This document shows, piece by piece, positions 10,024-17,862 of a stretch of 55,852 bases of DNA; the first letter of the stretch is position 1, and every line of letters starts with the position of its first letter. Below the pieces are notes generated by a model. The model worked only from the letters and a program-made list of their open reading frames with translations, was not told where the DNA came from and searched no databases. The DNA lies in the NCBI GenBank assembly GCA_964356325.1, contig CAYHHL010000008.1:342-56193 (forward strand), read 5' to 3'. Position numbers and translations under genes: made by a program. Source of the DNA: an uncultured Enterobacteriaceae bacterium. Lineage in GTDB: Bacteria > Myxococcota_A > UBA9042.

Positions 10024-11210
10024 AGAATCCCTTCGTTCTCGCGGTCATCGGCTTGGTGGTCGGCGCGGTCGTCGGTCTCGCCACCAACGTCGTGCGCAGG
10101 ACACCGTCGCCGCTGCCGGTTCGGATGAAGGCGACCGATGGCACGCAACGGCCCACGCGGCACCCGGGGTTGCCCGCCTCGCTGACGGAAGAGGAGCACG
10201 CGCGGTCGCTGCCTGCCAAGCTCGAAGCGCTGCACCATCCGGTGCGCCAGAGCCAGTTGCCGCCCGAGGCGATCCTGGCTGAGTTGCGCCTGCGGCCCGG
10301 CATGACCGTCGTCGACATCGGCGCGGGCGGTGGCCAACTCAGCTTCCCTATGGCGCGTGCCGTGACCCCGACCGGGCGGGTCTACGCCACCGACGTCGAC
10401 GACCGCATCGTGCCGTTGCTGCAGGCGCGCGCAAAGCGGGAAGGCGTCGCCACCTTGACGCCGGTGCTCGTCGGGCCCGACTTTGACGCCTTCTACCGCG
10501 ACAAGCAGTTCGACCTGGCAGTCATGTGTAGCAGTTTTGAGTATTTACGCTCGCCAAGCGACTTCTTCCGCCAGTTGCGGCCGACGATTCGCGCCGGCAC
10601 GGGCCGCGTCGCCATTCTGCAGGCTCGGACCGTGGCGACTTACTTCGCCAGTGATTTTGGGGAGACACTGCGCAGCGAGGCCTTGCTCGCCGAGGGCGTT
10701 GACTCGCCGTTGGGGCGCCGCGTTCGGGCAGAAAACCTCGAGCGCCATGCCAGGCGCGTGCCCGGTGCGCCGGTCCAGCCCGGCGTCGCCGCCGCGCTCG
10801 CCGAGGATTTCAATCGCCTGCTCGACGACCCGCGCCTGCTGACCGAACTCGCTGCGTTCGCCACCGTGAAGAATCCCCGCGGCCGCGGGCTGTTTGTCGA
10901 ACAGGGATTCGACGATGTAACGGTGGTCCGTTGGATTCTCCACAACTTCGACCGGATTGGGCTGTGGGACGAGCCGAAGGCCGAACTGGCGCCCCATGAG
11001 CGCAATGCGTTGCGCACGGTCAACTGGATTGCGCTGCTGCCATACTTCAGCGAGACATTGCCACGCGAATTTTTTGCCCGCGGCATCTATCTGAGTCCAA
11101 AAGGTATTACTCGTCGACTCGAGGCGGAGGGGTATCGCTTCGTACGCTCGGTCCCGATCCTGCAAGCGCACGACTTCCTGATTTTTGAAGCCGATCCGCG
11201 CCCACGCTGA
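10020..11210 (+). CDS. Class I SAM-dependent methyltransferase with N-terminal membrane anchor and large helical insertion
   Basis: LRPGMTVVDIGAGGG (motif I), GRVYATDVD (motif II), FDLAVM, GTGRVAIL, and C-terminal HDFLIF strand. Confidence 0.8.
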   Translation: MKNPFVLAVIGLVVGAVVGLATNVVRRTPSPLPVRMKATDGTQRPTRHPGLPASLTEEEHARSLPAKLEALHHPVRQSQLPPEAILAELRLRPGMTVVDIGAGGGQLSFPMARAVTPTGRVYATDVDDRIVPLLQARAKREGVATLTPVLVGPDFDAFYRDKQFDLAVMCSSFEYLRSPSDFFRQLRPTIRAGTGRVAILQARTVATYFASDFGETLRSEALLAEGVDSPLGRRVRAENLERHARRVPGAPVQPGVAAALAEDFNRLLDDPRLLTELAAFATVKNPRGRGLFVEQGFDDVTVVRWILHNFDRIGLWDEPKAELAPHERNALRTVNWIALLPYFSETLPREFFARGIYLSPKGITRRLEAEGYRFVRSVPILQAHDFLIFEADPRPR

Positions 11211-12594
11211 GGCCGCCAGCAGGCCGCAACAGATCTTGACCGGCCCTGAGGTCGCGGCGCAGCGTGGCGTTGCGCGGTTCGGACAGGCAGCGCTGGACCT
11301 CGGACGTATAGAAGATGCCTTCGCCAACCAGGCGCGGCTTGCCGTCATTCCATGCCAGCCAGCCGCGGTCGGTCAGGGCTTCCCACCAGGGTGCGAAATC
11401 TCGGGCCAGATCGCGGCCGAATTCCGCGGCATAGGCGCTGGAATCCAGGTACGGGCAACCCTCCAGACCCTTGAGCACGTAAATGAGCTGCAGGTCAATG
11501 GGCGCAAACGGGAACATCGCGTCGGCGCAACTGCCGCCTGCGACGATACGGGCGTGGTAGGAGTCCCGGCCGATGATGTTCTTGAACGTGTGGCCTGGGT
11601 TGGACGGCGTGCCGGAAAGCAGCGAATTGGCGCCGTAGCCGATGCCGACGCGGTCGTTGTGCAGGATGTCACGATACATTTCGAGGAATTGGACCGGCGC
11701 CAAGTCTGACCTGCAGTAGTCGGTGTAGCCATCGGCGCGGTAGCCGAGGTCGAGCATCGTCTCACGACCAGCCATGAAAGCGTCGCGAGTGACCTCGGTG
11801 CGGGGCAACTCATGCTTCCTGCGCGCGAATTCCGAGTCGCCGCCCAGCGTCAAAGGATGGTTGACGATGCCCGAGACGCCCCACTCGTGCAAAGTGCGGA
11901 TGTCGTCAACCACGTCCTGCGGGGTCTGTTCGAACCAGCCGGTAATGAGGTCGACCGAGCATTGAATCCCCCGTGCGCGGCAGAACTCGACGGTGCGCTG
12001 GATGTGCTCGCTGCGCTGGGTGCGGCCGCTGTACTTGATGAGGTGCGCCTTGAGGGTCTGGGCGCCGACGCTGATGCGGGTGACGCCCACCTCGGCGAGC
12101 GCTTCCAGGCGGCCCGGCGTGAACAGACCTGGCGTGCCCTCGAAGGTCGTTTCGCAGGCGGCTGGGATATCAAACGCGTCGTGCAGGCGGACGAACACCT
12201 CGCGGATGCTGGCCTCGTTGAGGATGTTCGGGGTCCCGCCGCCGAAATACAGCGTGCGCAGGGTCCGCCGCCCGAGCTGTGCCGCAACACAGTGCAATTC
12301 CGCATACAGGTCCGCGAGATAGGCCTCCACGTGCTGGTAAGAGTGGTAGTCCTCGCGCGCGAACAGGCAGAAGCCGCACGCCTCGGGGTCGGTCGGCGGA
12401 CAGAAAGGGATGTGCAGGTACAGGTTCAGCGGGCGCTGGACGTCGACGGGCGCAAGGAGCTCCGTCAGGGACGTTCGCCCCGGTCGCCAGAAGCGCGGCG
12501 ACGGGTGGCCGTACTGGATCTTGGTCCCGGGCTCGCGGCCGATATGTTCGTCCAAGTAGGCTGCCACGCTCGCAGAGGTCTGGGGAAGGAGCAT
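11107..12594 (-). CDS. HemN-like (class C RSMT / coproporphyrinogen oxidase family) radical SAM protein with atypical CX7CX2C motif
   Basis: LYLHIPFCPPTDPEACGFC, LYFGGGTP, GVTRISVGAQT, SVDLITGWFEQT and GIGYGANS are HemN-family motifs. Confidence 0.85.
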   Translation of the reverse strand: MLLPQTSASVAAYLDEHIGREPGTKIQYGHPSPRFWRPGRTSLTELLAPVDVQRPLNLYLHIPFCPPTDPEACGFCLFAREDYHSYQHVEAYLADLYAELHCVAAQLGRRTLRTLYFGGGTPNILNEASIREVFVRLHDAFDIPAACETTFEGTPGLFTPGRLEALAEVGVTRISVGAQTLKAHLIKYSGRTQRSEHIQRTVEFCRARGIQCSVDLITGWFEQTPQDVVDDIRTLHEWGVSGIVNHPLTLGGDSEFARRKHELPRTEVTRDAFMAGRETMLDLGYRADGYTDYCRSDLAPVQFLEMYRDILHNDRVGIGYGANSLLSGTPSNPGHTFKNIIGRDSYHARIVAGGSCADAMFPFAPIDLQLIYVLKGLEGCPYLDSSAYAAEFGRDLARDFAPWWEALTDRGWLAWNDGKPRLVGEGIFYTSEVQRCLSEPRNATLRRDLRAGQDLLRPAGGLSVGADRLQKSGSRALAGSGPSVRSDTPPPRVDE

Positions 12595-12734
12595 CGGAGT
12601 CCTCGCGCGAAGGCAGTGTCAGGCCGGTCATCGTATCCGATCGGCGCCGCGGTAGCCACAATGTTGGGTGATCGCGTACCTGCGTGCAATCGACTGCTTG
12701 TCCGGCTGCCCAGGCTGTCCTAGGATGAAGCGGC

Positions 12735-13421
12735 ATGATCCGACGTTGGCTCACCGTGCTCCTGCTCCTGCTCCTGGTCGTCGCTGTCGCGCAACCCTGC
12801 GAGGCGATGGACGCGCCCGCCGGCCCCGACACCGTCCAGCGCGTCCTCCAACCCCAGGTGGCGAAGCGCCTGGAGGCGGCGTTCGAGCGCGCGGCCCCCT
12901 CGTTTCGGTTGGACAGCGCCCGCATCGCCGCGGATCGGGTGCAAGTCCGTGTCTGTGCAGGCGATATCTGCCATGATCTGGTTCTCTCCGACGGTCGCGC
13001 GTGTACTGCGCCGCCTACGGGAGCATGGTGCGCAACCTGGCAAGGTGCTGCGCCTGCAACGGCCGATGCGTTGTTGAGCGCGCTGGCGGCCGACGCCGAC
13101 GCCGAGGTGTGGCACGTCATCGCTGCACGTCCGCGACAACCACCGATCGTCGTGGCGCCGCCGCCGGCAAACCAGCCAGTTCCGCTGGGTGCTGCCCAGC
13201 CGAAACGAGATCCTGCCGATGGCCGAGCCGACACGGCAAGCGCCGCCGCGGTGGCGTTGCGTCCCGTGCTGAGCGGCGATGCGGCCGTTGATCCAGGCAC
13301 TGATGCCGAGCGGGCCGCAACGGCGCGACTGCTGGTGATAGCTCTGCTCGTGGCAGGGGCTGCGCTGGCGGCCTTGCTGCGACTGCGCAGGCCCGCGCTG
13401 GGTGCCGGGGCGCAGCGATGA
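12735..13421 (+). CDS. Hypothetical exported protein with C-terminal TM anchor
   Basis: Signal peptide MIRRWLTVLLLLLLVVAVA, and C-terminal LLVIALLVAGAALAALLRLRR. ATGA overlap with the next gene. Confidence 0.6.
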   Translation: MIRRWLTVLLLLLLVVAVAQPCEAMDAPAGPDTVQRVLQPQVAKRLEAAFERAAPSFRLDSARIAADRVQVRVCAGDICHDLVLSDGRACTAPPTGAWCATWQGAAPATADALLSALAADADAEVWHVIAARPRQPPIVVAPPPANQPVPLGAAQPKRDPADGRADTASAAAVALRPVLSGDAAVDPGTDAERAATARLLVIALLVAGAALAALLRLRRPALGAGAQR

Positions 13422-15535
13422 GACCCGTCTGCCGTCCCAGGGACGTCGGCAAGCCCCGAGTGTGCGGGATTCGGTTCCTGACGCTCGCCATCGCGCTGAC
13501 CTTGGCAGGTTGTTCGACGCAACCTGTCGGCGCCAAGCCCGATGCCCTCGACACTGGCGCCACCAAGCCCGATGCTCTCGACACTGGCGCCACCAAGCCC
13601 GATGCTCTCGACACTGCCGCCGCGGAGTTCCTCGATGCAGACCAGGGTTCGGGCGCGGCGGACAGTGACGTCGCCGCAGCCCCGCTGGACGTTTCTGCCG
13701 AGGTGACCGACGTGTCCGGCCCGACTGTCGACACGGACGGGCCGGCGCTTGCCGACGCGGCTGTAGCCACTGTGGTCGATGCCAGCGAAGGGAGCGATGC
13801 CGACAGCTTGGCCGATAGTCTCGACGTCGTGGATGCCGCGGGCACCGAGCCTGAGGTGGGCGATGCCGACGCCAGCGGCGACACCGCGACGGGCGACGAC
13901 GGCGGCGGCGTCGAATTGCCACCGGTGGCGCCCATCGATCCGACGACCCTGCCGCCGGCCGCCTTCACCGACGTCACGCTCGCCTACGGGATCGACCCTG
14001 GCAAGGCGCACAGCATCTGTGTGGCGGCCGCGGACCTCGACGGCAATGGCAGCGAAGACCTGGTCATGGTCGAACGCACGATGGGAAAAGCGAAAATCCA
14101 TGCCGTACTGCTCGGTGGCGCCAAGCCCGCGCACGTCTTGACACCATTCGACACGACGCTTCTGCTGCCGACGACCGGGTGTACGCTGGTCGACATGGAC
14201 AGTGACGGCACGCCTGACCTGCTCGTCGGTGGTCAGTCCGGCGCAGCACTGTACATGGGCGATGGCAAGGGCGGATTCGTCGACCAGAGTGCCAAGTGGT
14301 TGCCATTCATCATGGATTTCGAGTCATGGTCGCTGGCCCCGGTCGACCTCGATGGCGATGGAGATCTCGACCTGTTCATCGGCGCCGGCTCTCCATCGTT
14401 CGACGCCTCCAATCCGGGGCCGGGACCAGCGTGCGGCTCGGATGACTGCGGCTACAAAGGCACTGACTTCGTTTGCGCGCTGGTGACCAAGCTGCCCAAC
14501 GTCGGCCCTCTGCAAGATCGCGTGCTCATTCAGGGTGCCAAGCTGCCACTCGAGGATCAGACTCCATCGTGGAACGTGCCGCCAGCCGGCGTGCTCTCTG
14601 CGGGCCTGCCGGTCGACATCGACCTCGATGGCCTGATGGACGTCCTGGTCAGCGATGACTTCGGTGCGCACCGGCTTCTGCACAACGTGGGCGGTAGCTT
14701 CGAGGCCCACAGCGAAGACATTGGCTTCTACCCCTACGCGCACGGAATGGGCTGGGGCATGGGCGACTTCAACGGTGACGGCTTGGCCGACTTGATGCTC
14801 GCCGACGTCGGACCGTCGCCCTTGTACCTGCAAACCAAGGCGGGCCCGGGACTGCCGGTTTCGTTCGTCGACATGGGCGGCGCGCTCGGCGTGTGGGGAC
14901 CAGTCTGGAGCGCAAGTATCTGGTCGCCCATGGTGGCCGACTTCGATCTCGATGGAAACGAGGACATCATGGTGGGCGGCGCCTTGAACACCCTGCCCGC
15001 CGACCTGGCCAAGGTCACCATGGGCTGCTCCAAGAACGGCAGTGAACCCTATGCTGGCCATCCCAACATCGACCTGATTTTCTTGTCGGAGGGTGGCAAG
15101 GGCTTCAAGGCACAGCAGTTTCCCACCGGCCCGACCTCGCACTTCATGGCCATTGCCCAGGCCGTGGTCGACATCGACGGCGACGGTGATCTCGACGTGC
15201 TGCAGTCGCGCCCGAGCCTGAACCTGACCTCGCGCATCCGCCTATGGCGCAACGATTTGCCCAAGAAAGGCAATGGGTTCCGCGTGCTGGTCAAAGGCAA
15301 GAAGGGCAACCTCGATGCACTCGGGGCCGTCGTCACCGCCAAGATTGGCGGGCAACTGCGCACGCGGTGGTTGACAGGCACCGGCGGTTTTGGTGGAAAC
15401 CGCAGCCGGATCGCAGAGTTCGGATTGGGTCCAGCGACCAAGGCCACCGACGTCACGGTTTCGTGGCCCGATGGCAAGAAGACCTTGGTGGGCGAGGTGA
15501 TGGGCGGGGCGAGCAAATCGGTGACGTGGCCGTAG
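13418..15535 (+). CDS. CRTAC1 / ASPIC-UnbV family FG-GAP repeat lipoprotein (paralog 1)
   Basis: Lipobox LAGC, acidic linker, repeated DxDGDGDLD / GDFNGDG FG-GAP motifs, and C-terminal RLWRND...DALGA...FGLG...VSWPDG ASPIC/UnbV signature. Confidence 0.85.
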   Translation: MRPVCRPRDVGKPRVCGIRFLTLAIALTLAGCSTQPVGAKPDALDTGATKPDALDTGATKPDALDTAAAEFLDADQGSGAADSDVAAAPLDVSAEVTDVSGPTVDTDGPALADAAVATVVDASEGSDADSLADSLDVVDAAGTEPEVGDADASGDTATGDDGGGVELPPVAPIDPTTLPPAAFTDVTLAYGIDPGKAHSICVAAADLDGNGSEDLVMVERTMGKAKIHAVLLGGAKPAHVLTPFDTTLLLPTTGCTLVDMDSDGTPDLLVGGQSGAALYMGDGKGGFVDQSAKWLPFIMDFESWSLAPVDLDGDGDLDLFIGAGSPSFDASNPGPGPACGSDDCGYKGTDFVCALVTKLPNVGPLQDRVLIQGAKLPLEDQTPSWNVPPAGVLSAGLPVDIDLDGLMDVLVSDDFGAHRLLHNVGGSFEAHSEDIGFYPYAHGMGWGMGDFNGDGLADLMLADVGPSPLYLQTKAGPGLPVSFVDMGGALGVWGPVWSASIWSPMVADFDLDGNEDIMVGGALNTLPADLAKVTMGCSKNGSEPYAGHPNIDLIFLSEGGKGFKAQQFPTGPTSHFMAIAQAVVDIDGDGDLDVLQSRPSLNLTSRIRLWRNDLPKKGNGFRVLVKGKKGNLDALGAVVTAKIGGQLRTRWLTGTGGFGGNRSRIAEFGLGPATKATDVTVSWPDGKKTLVGEVMGGASKSVTWP
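13531..13620 (+). repeat. 30-bp tandem repeat x3 (TKPDALDTGA) in the linker of CRTAC1 paralog 1
   Basis: caccaagcccgatgctctcgacactggcgc repeated three times with 1-2 substitutions. Confidence 0.9.
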
Positions 15536-15557
15536 CCGTCCGCTTTGATTCTCGATC

Positions 15558-15604
15558 TCTGCCTGTATCCGCCTGTATCTATCTGAATCTGCCTGAATCT
15601 GCCT
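15558..15604. repeat. 10-bp tandem repeat (GCCTGWATCT) between convergent genes
   Basis: gcctgtatcc / gcctgtatct / atctgaatct / gcctgaatct / gcct. Confidence 0.75.
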
Positions 15605-17831
15605 ACTTCCAGACTGCGAACTTGGTGACGCCCGACACTACGTCGCCCAAGACCGTCGTGGTGCCATCGGGCCACACCACCGTCACGTCGGTCGCCTTGT
15701 CGCTGCTGCCCAGGCCGAAGTGCGCGAAGCGGCTTGGTGTTCCGCCCCAACCGCCGGTGCCGTTGAGCCAGCGAGTGCGCACCTGTCCGCCAATCTTGGC
15801 CTTGACCATGGTGCCCAGGGCGTCTTGGTTCTTGCCCTTGCCCTTGACCACGACTTGGATGCTTTTACCCTTCTTGACCAAGTCGTTGCGCAGAATACGT
15901 ATCCGCGAGATCGGCATCATCGTCGGGCCCGGGCGCGTTTGCACTACGTCCAAGTCGCCGTCGTCGTCGAGATCGATGAACCGCTGGTCGAGCAGCACGA
16001 CGTGGGAGTACTGCCCCGCAGGCATCGCCGAGGTCGTCATCGCCTTGCCCGCACCATGCAGGAACAGCACGTCGATGCTGGTCTCGCCGGCAAACGGGTT
16101 CACGCCCGGCTGGGCCCGGCTCTCGTTGCAAACAGTAGAGAAATCAGCGGCCTTCTCCGGCGAGAAGTTGACCGAGATGCCGAGTTGCAGATCGTCCAGG
16201 CCGTCATGGTCGAAGTCCGCGACCAGGGGCGCCCACTCGCTGGCTCCCCACGTCGGCCACCAGACCCCCAATTCGCCACCTTTGTCGATGAATTGCACCG
16301 GTTTTCCAGGCTTGGCCTTGGTCTGAATGTACATCGGCGTCGGCCCCGATTCCGCCAGGACGACATCGAACAGGCCATCGCCGTTGAAGTCGCCGATCCC
16401 CCAGCCCATCGCGCCGGCATAGCTGTGGAAGCCAATGTCGGTGTCGTAAGAGGTGAAGCTGCCGCCGTCATTGTGTAAAACGCGGTGGCCGCCCATGTCG
16501 TCGCCGACCAACATGTCCATCTTGCCGTCGCCGTCGACGTCGATGGCTTGGCTGACCGTCTGCGTGCCGCCCGGGGGCACCTTCCACGCCTTGGTCTGGT
16601 CGCTCAGCGGCAACTGGTTGCCCTGGATGAGCACCCGATCCTGCAACTGCGGCGTCAACTTCAACGGCGGGTCGACGGTACAGACCAGATCGCAACAGGT
16701 GAACTCGCACTGCAGGCTGGTGCAAGGCGGCGGGTCCATCCCAGCACCGACGAAGATGTCGAGATCGCCGTCGCCATCGAGATCGACCGGAGACACGCTA
16801 AATGCCGCAAAATCACTTACGTAAGGCATCCATGTTGCCGTGTCGTCGACGAAACCGCCGGCGCCGTCGCCGAGATAGACTCCCGCGCCCGAGTAGCCAC
16901 CGAACAGGAGATCTGGCTTGGCGTCGCCGTCCATATCCACGGCAGTACAGGCGAAGTTCGGTTGCATGACGGTGGTATCGAATTCCGAGAAGACGTGGGT
17001 AGGCGGGCCGGCGCCGAGCAGCACCGCGTGGATCTTGGCCTTGGTGCCGTTGCGTTCGACCACCACGAAGTCCTGACGGCCATTGCTGTCGAAGTCGGCG
17101 ACGGCGACACAGGCCTCGTGGTTCTTGGCCGGATCGATGCCCAGGGAAGTCGTGATGTCGGCGAAAGCAGCCAGCGGCAGGGTCGCCGGATTCACGGGCT
17201 TGCCGGTCACGGCGTCGGCAGTCGCATCGGGGGCCTGGATATCGGCAGGCGCGGCGACGTCGATGGCGTCCGGTTCCGCGGCAATATCGGTAACGTCGGC
17301 AGAGGCGGTCCCTACTTCGGCCGTGTCGAGATCGGCTGCGGCAACATCGGCAACATCGGCAACATCGGCAACATCGGCAACGTCGGCACCGGCGGTCCCG
17401 ACGTCGTCAACATCCGCTGCGTCGAGTTCGGCACTGTCCGCAACGACGGCGATGTCGGCCACGGTGGCCTGCGCGTCGGTAGTGTCCGGCACGTCCGCGC
17501 CGAGCTCGAAGCTGTCGCCCAACTCGTCCAACATGGACAGGTCCGCATCGCCGAGGCCGTCGGACGGGGCTGGTGCGCCATCTGCCACTGGTGGCGCCGC
17601 GTCGGCCAAGCTCGCGGTATTGTCAGCAGTCGCGTCGCTGACGTCTGCGGGCGCACTACCGTCGGGGACTTGCGTCGTTGTGCCGAGGGGCGCCACGACG
17701 GTATCGGAGTCGCCGGCCTGGCTGCCGGTGCATGCAGCGAGGCCGCACGCTGTCGTGGCCAGCGCCAGGATCCAACCGCGGAAACCGGCGGCATAGCAGC
17801 AAGACTTCAACGACGGAATTGTTGTTGCCAT
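15603..17831 (-). CDS. CRTAC1 / ASPIC-UnbV family FG-GAP repeat lipoprotein (paralog 2)
   Basis: GGAGA RBS before ATG 17831, lipobox LAAC, (ADV)n linker, FG-GAP repeats, and RILRND...HFGLG...VVWPDG. Confidence 0.85.
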   Translation of the reverse strand: MATTIPSLKSCCYAAGFRGWILALATTACGLAACTGSQAGDSDTVVAPLGTTTQVPDGSAPADVSDATADNTASLADAAPPVADGAPAPSDGLGDADLSMLDELGDSFELGADVPDTTDAQATVADIAVVADSAELDAADVDDVGTAGADVADVADVADVADVAAADLDTAEVGTASADVTDIAAEPDAIDVAAPADIQAPDATADAVTGKPVNPATLPLAAFADITTSLGIDPAKNHEACVAVADFDSNGRQDFVVVERNGTKAKIHAVLLGAGPPTHVFSEFDTTVMQPNFACTAVDMDGDAKPDLLFGGYSGAGVYLGDGAGGFVDDTATWMPYVSDFAAFSVSPVDLDGDGDLDIFVGAGMDPPPCTSLQCEFTCCDLVCTVDPPLKLTPQLQDRVLIQGNQLPLSDQTKAWKVPPGGTQTVSQAIDVDGDGKMDMLVGDDMGGHRVLHNDGGSFTSYDTDIGFHSYAGAMGWGIGDFNGDGLFDVVLAESGPTPMYIQTKAKPGKPVQFIDKGGELGVWWPTWGASEWAPLVADFDHDGLDDLQLGISVNFSPEKAADFSTVCNESRAQPGVNPFAGETSIDVLFLHGAGKAMTTSAMPAGQYSHVVLLDQRFIDLDDDGDLDVVQTRPGPTMMPISRIRILRNDLVKKGKSIQVVVKGKGKNQDALGTMVKAKIGGQVRTRWLNGTGGWGGTPSRFAHFGLGSSDKATDVTVVWPDGTTTVLGDVVSGVTKFAVWK

Positions 17832-17862
17832 TGATTTCTCCGTCATCAAGCGCCGATCTGGG

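Noticed and set aside
11107-12594. HemN-like radical SAM as the maturase of the HxS peptide
   Set aside because: It is 26 kb away, has no SPASM/twitch or RRE domain, and belongs to a different radical SAM subfamily than HxsB/C. It cannot be linked from sequence.
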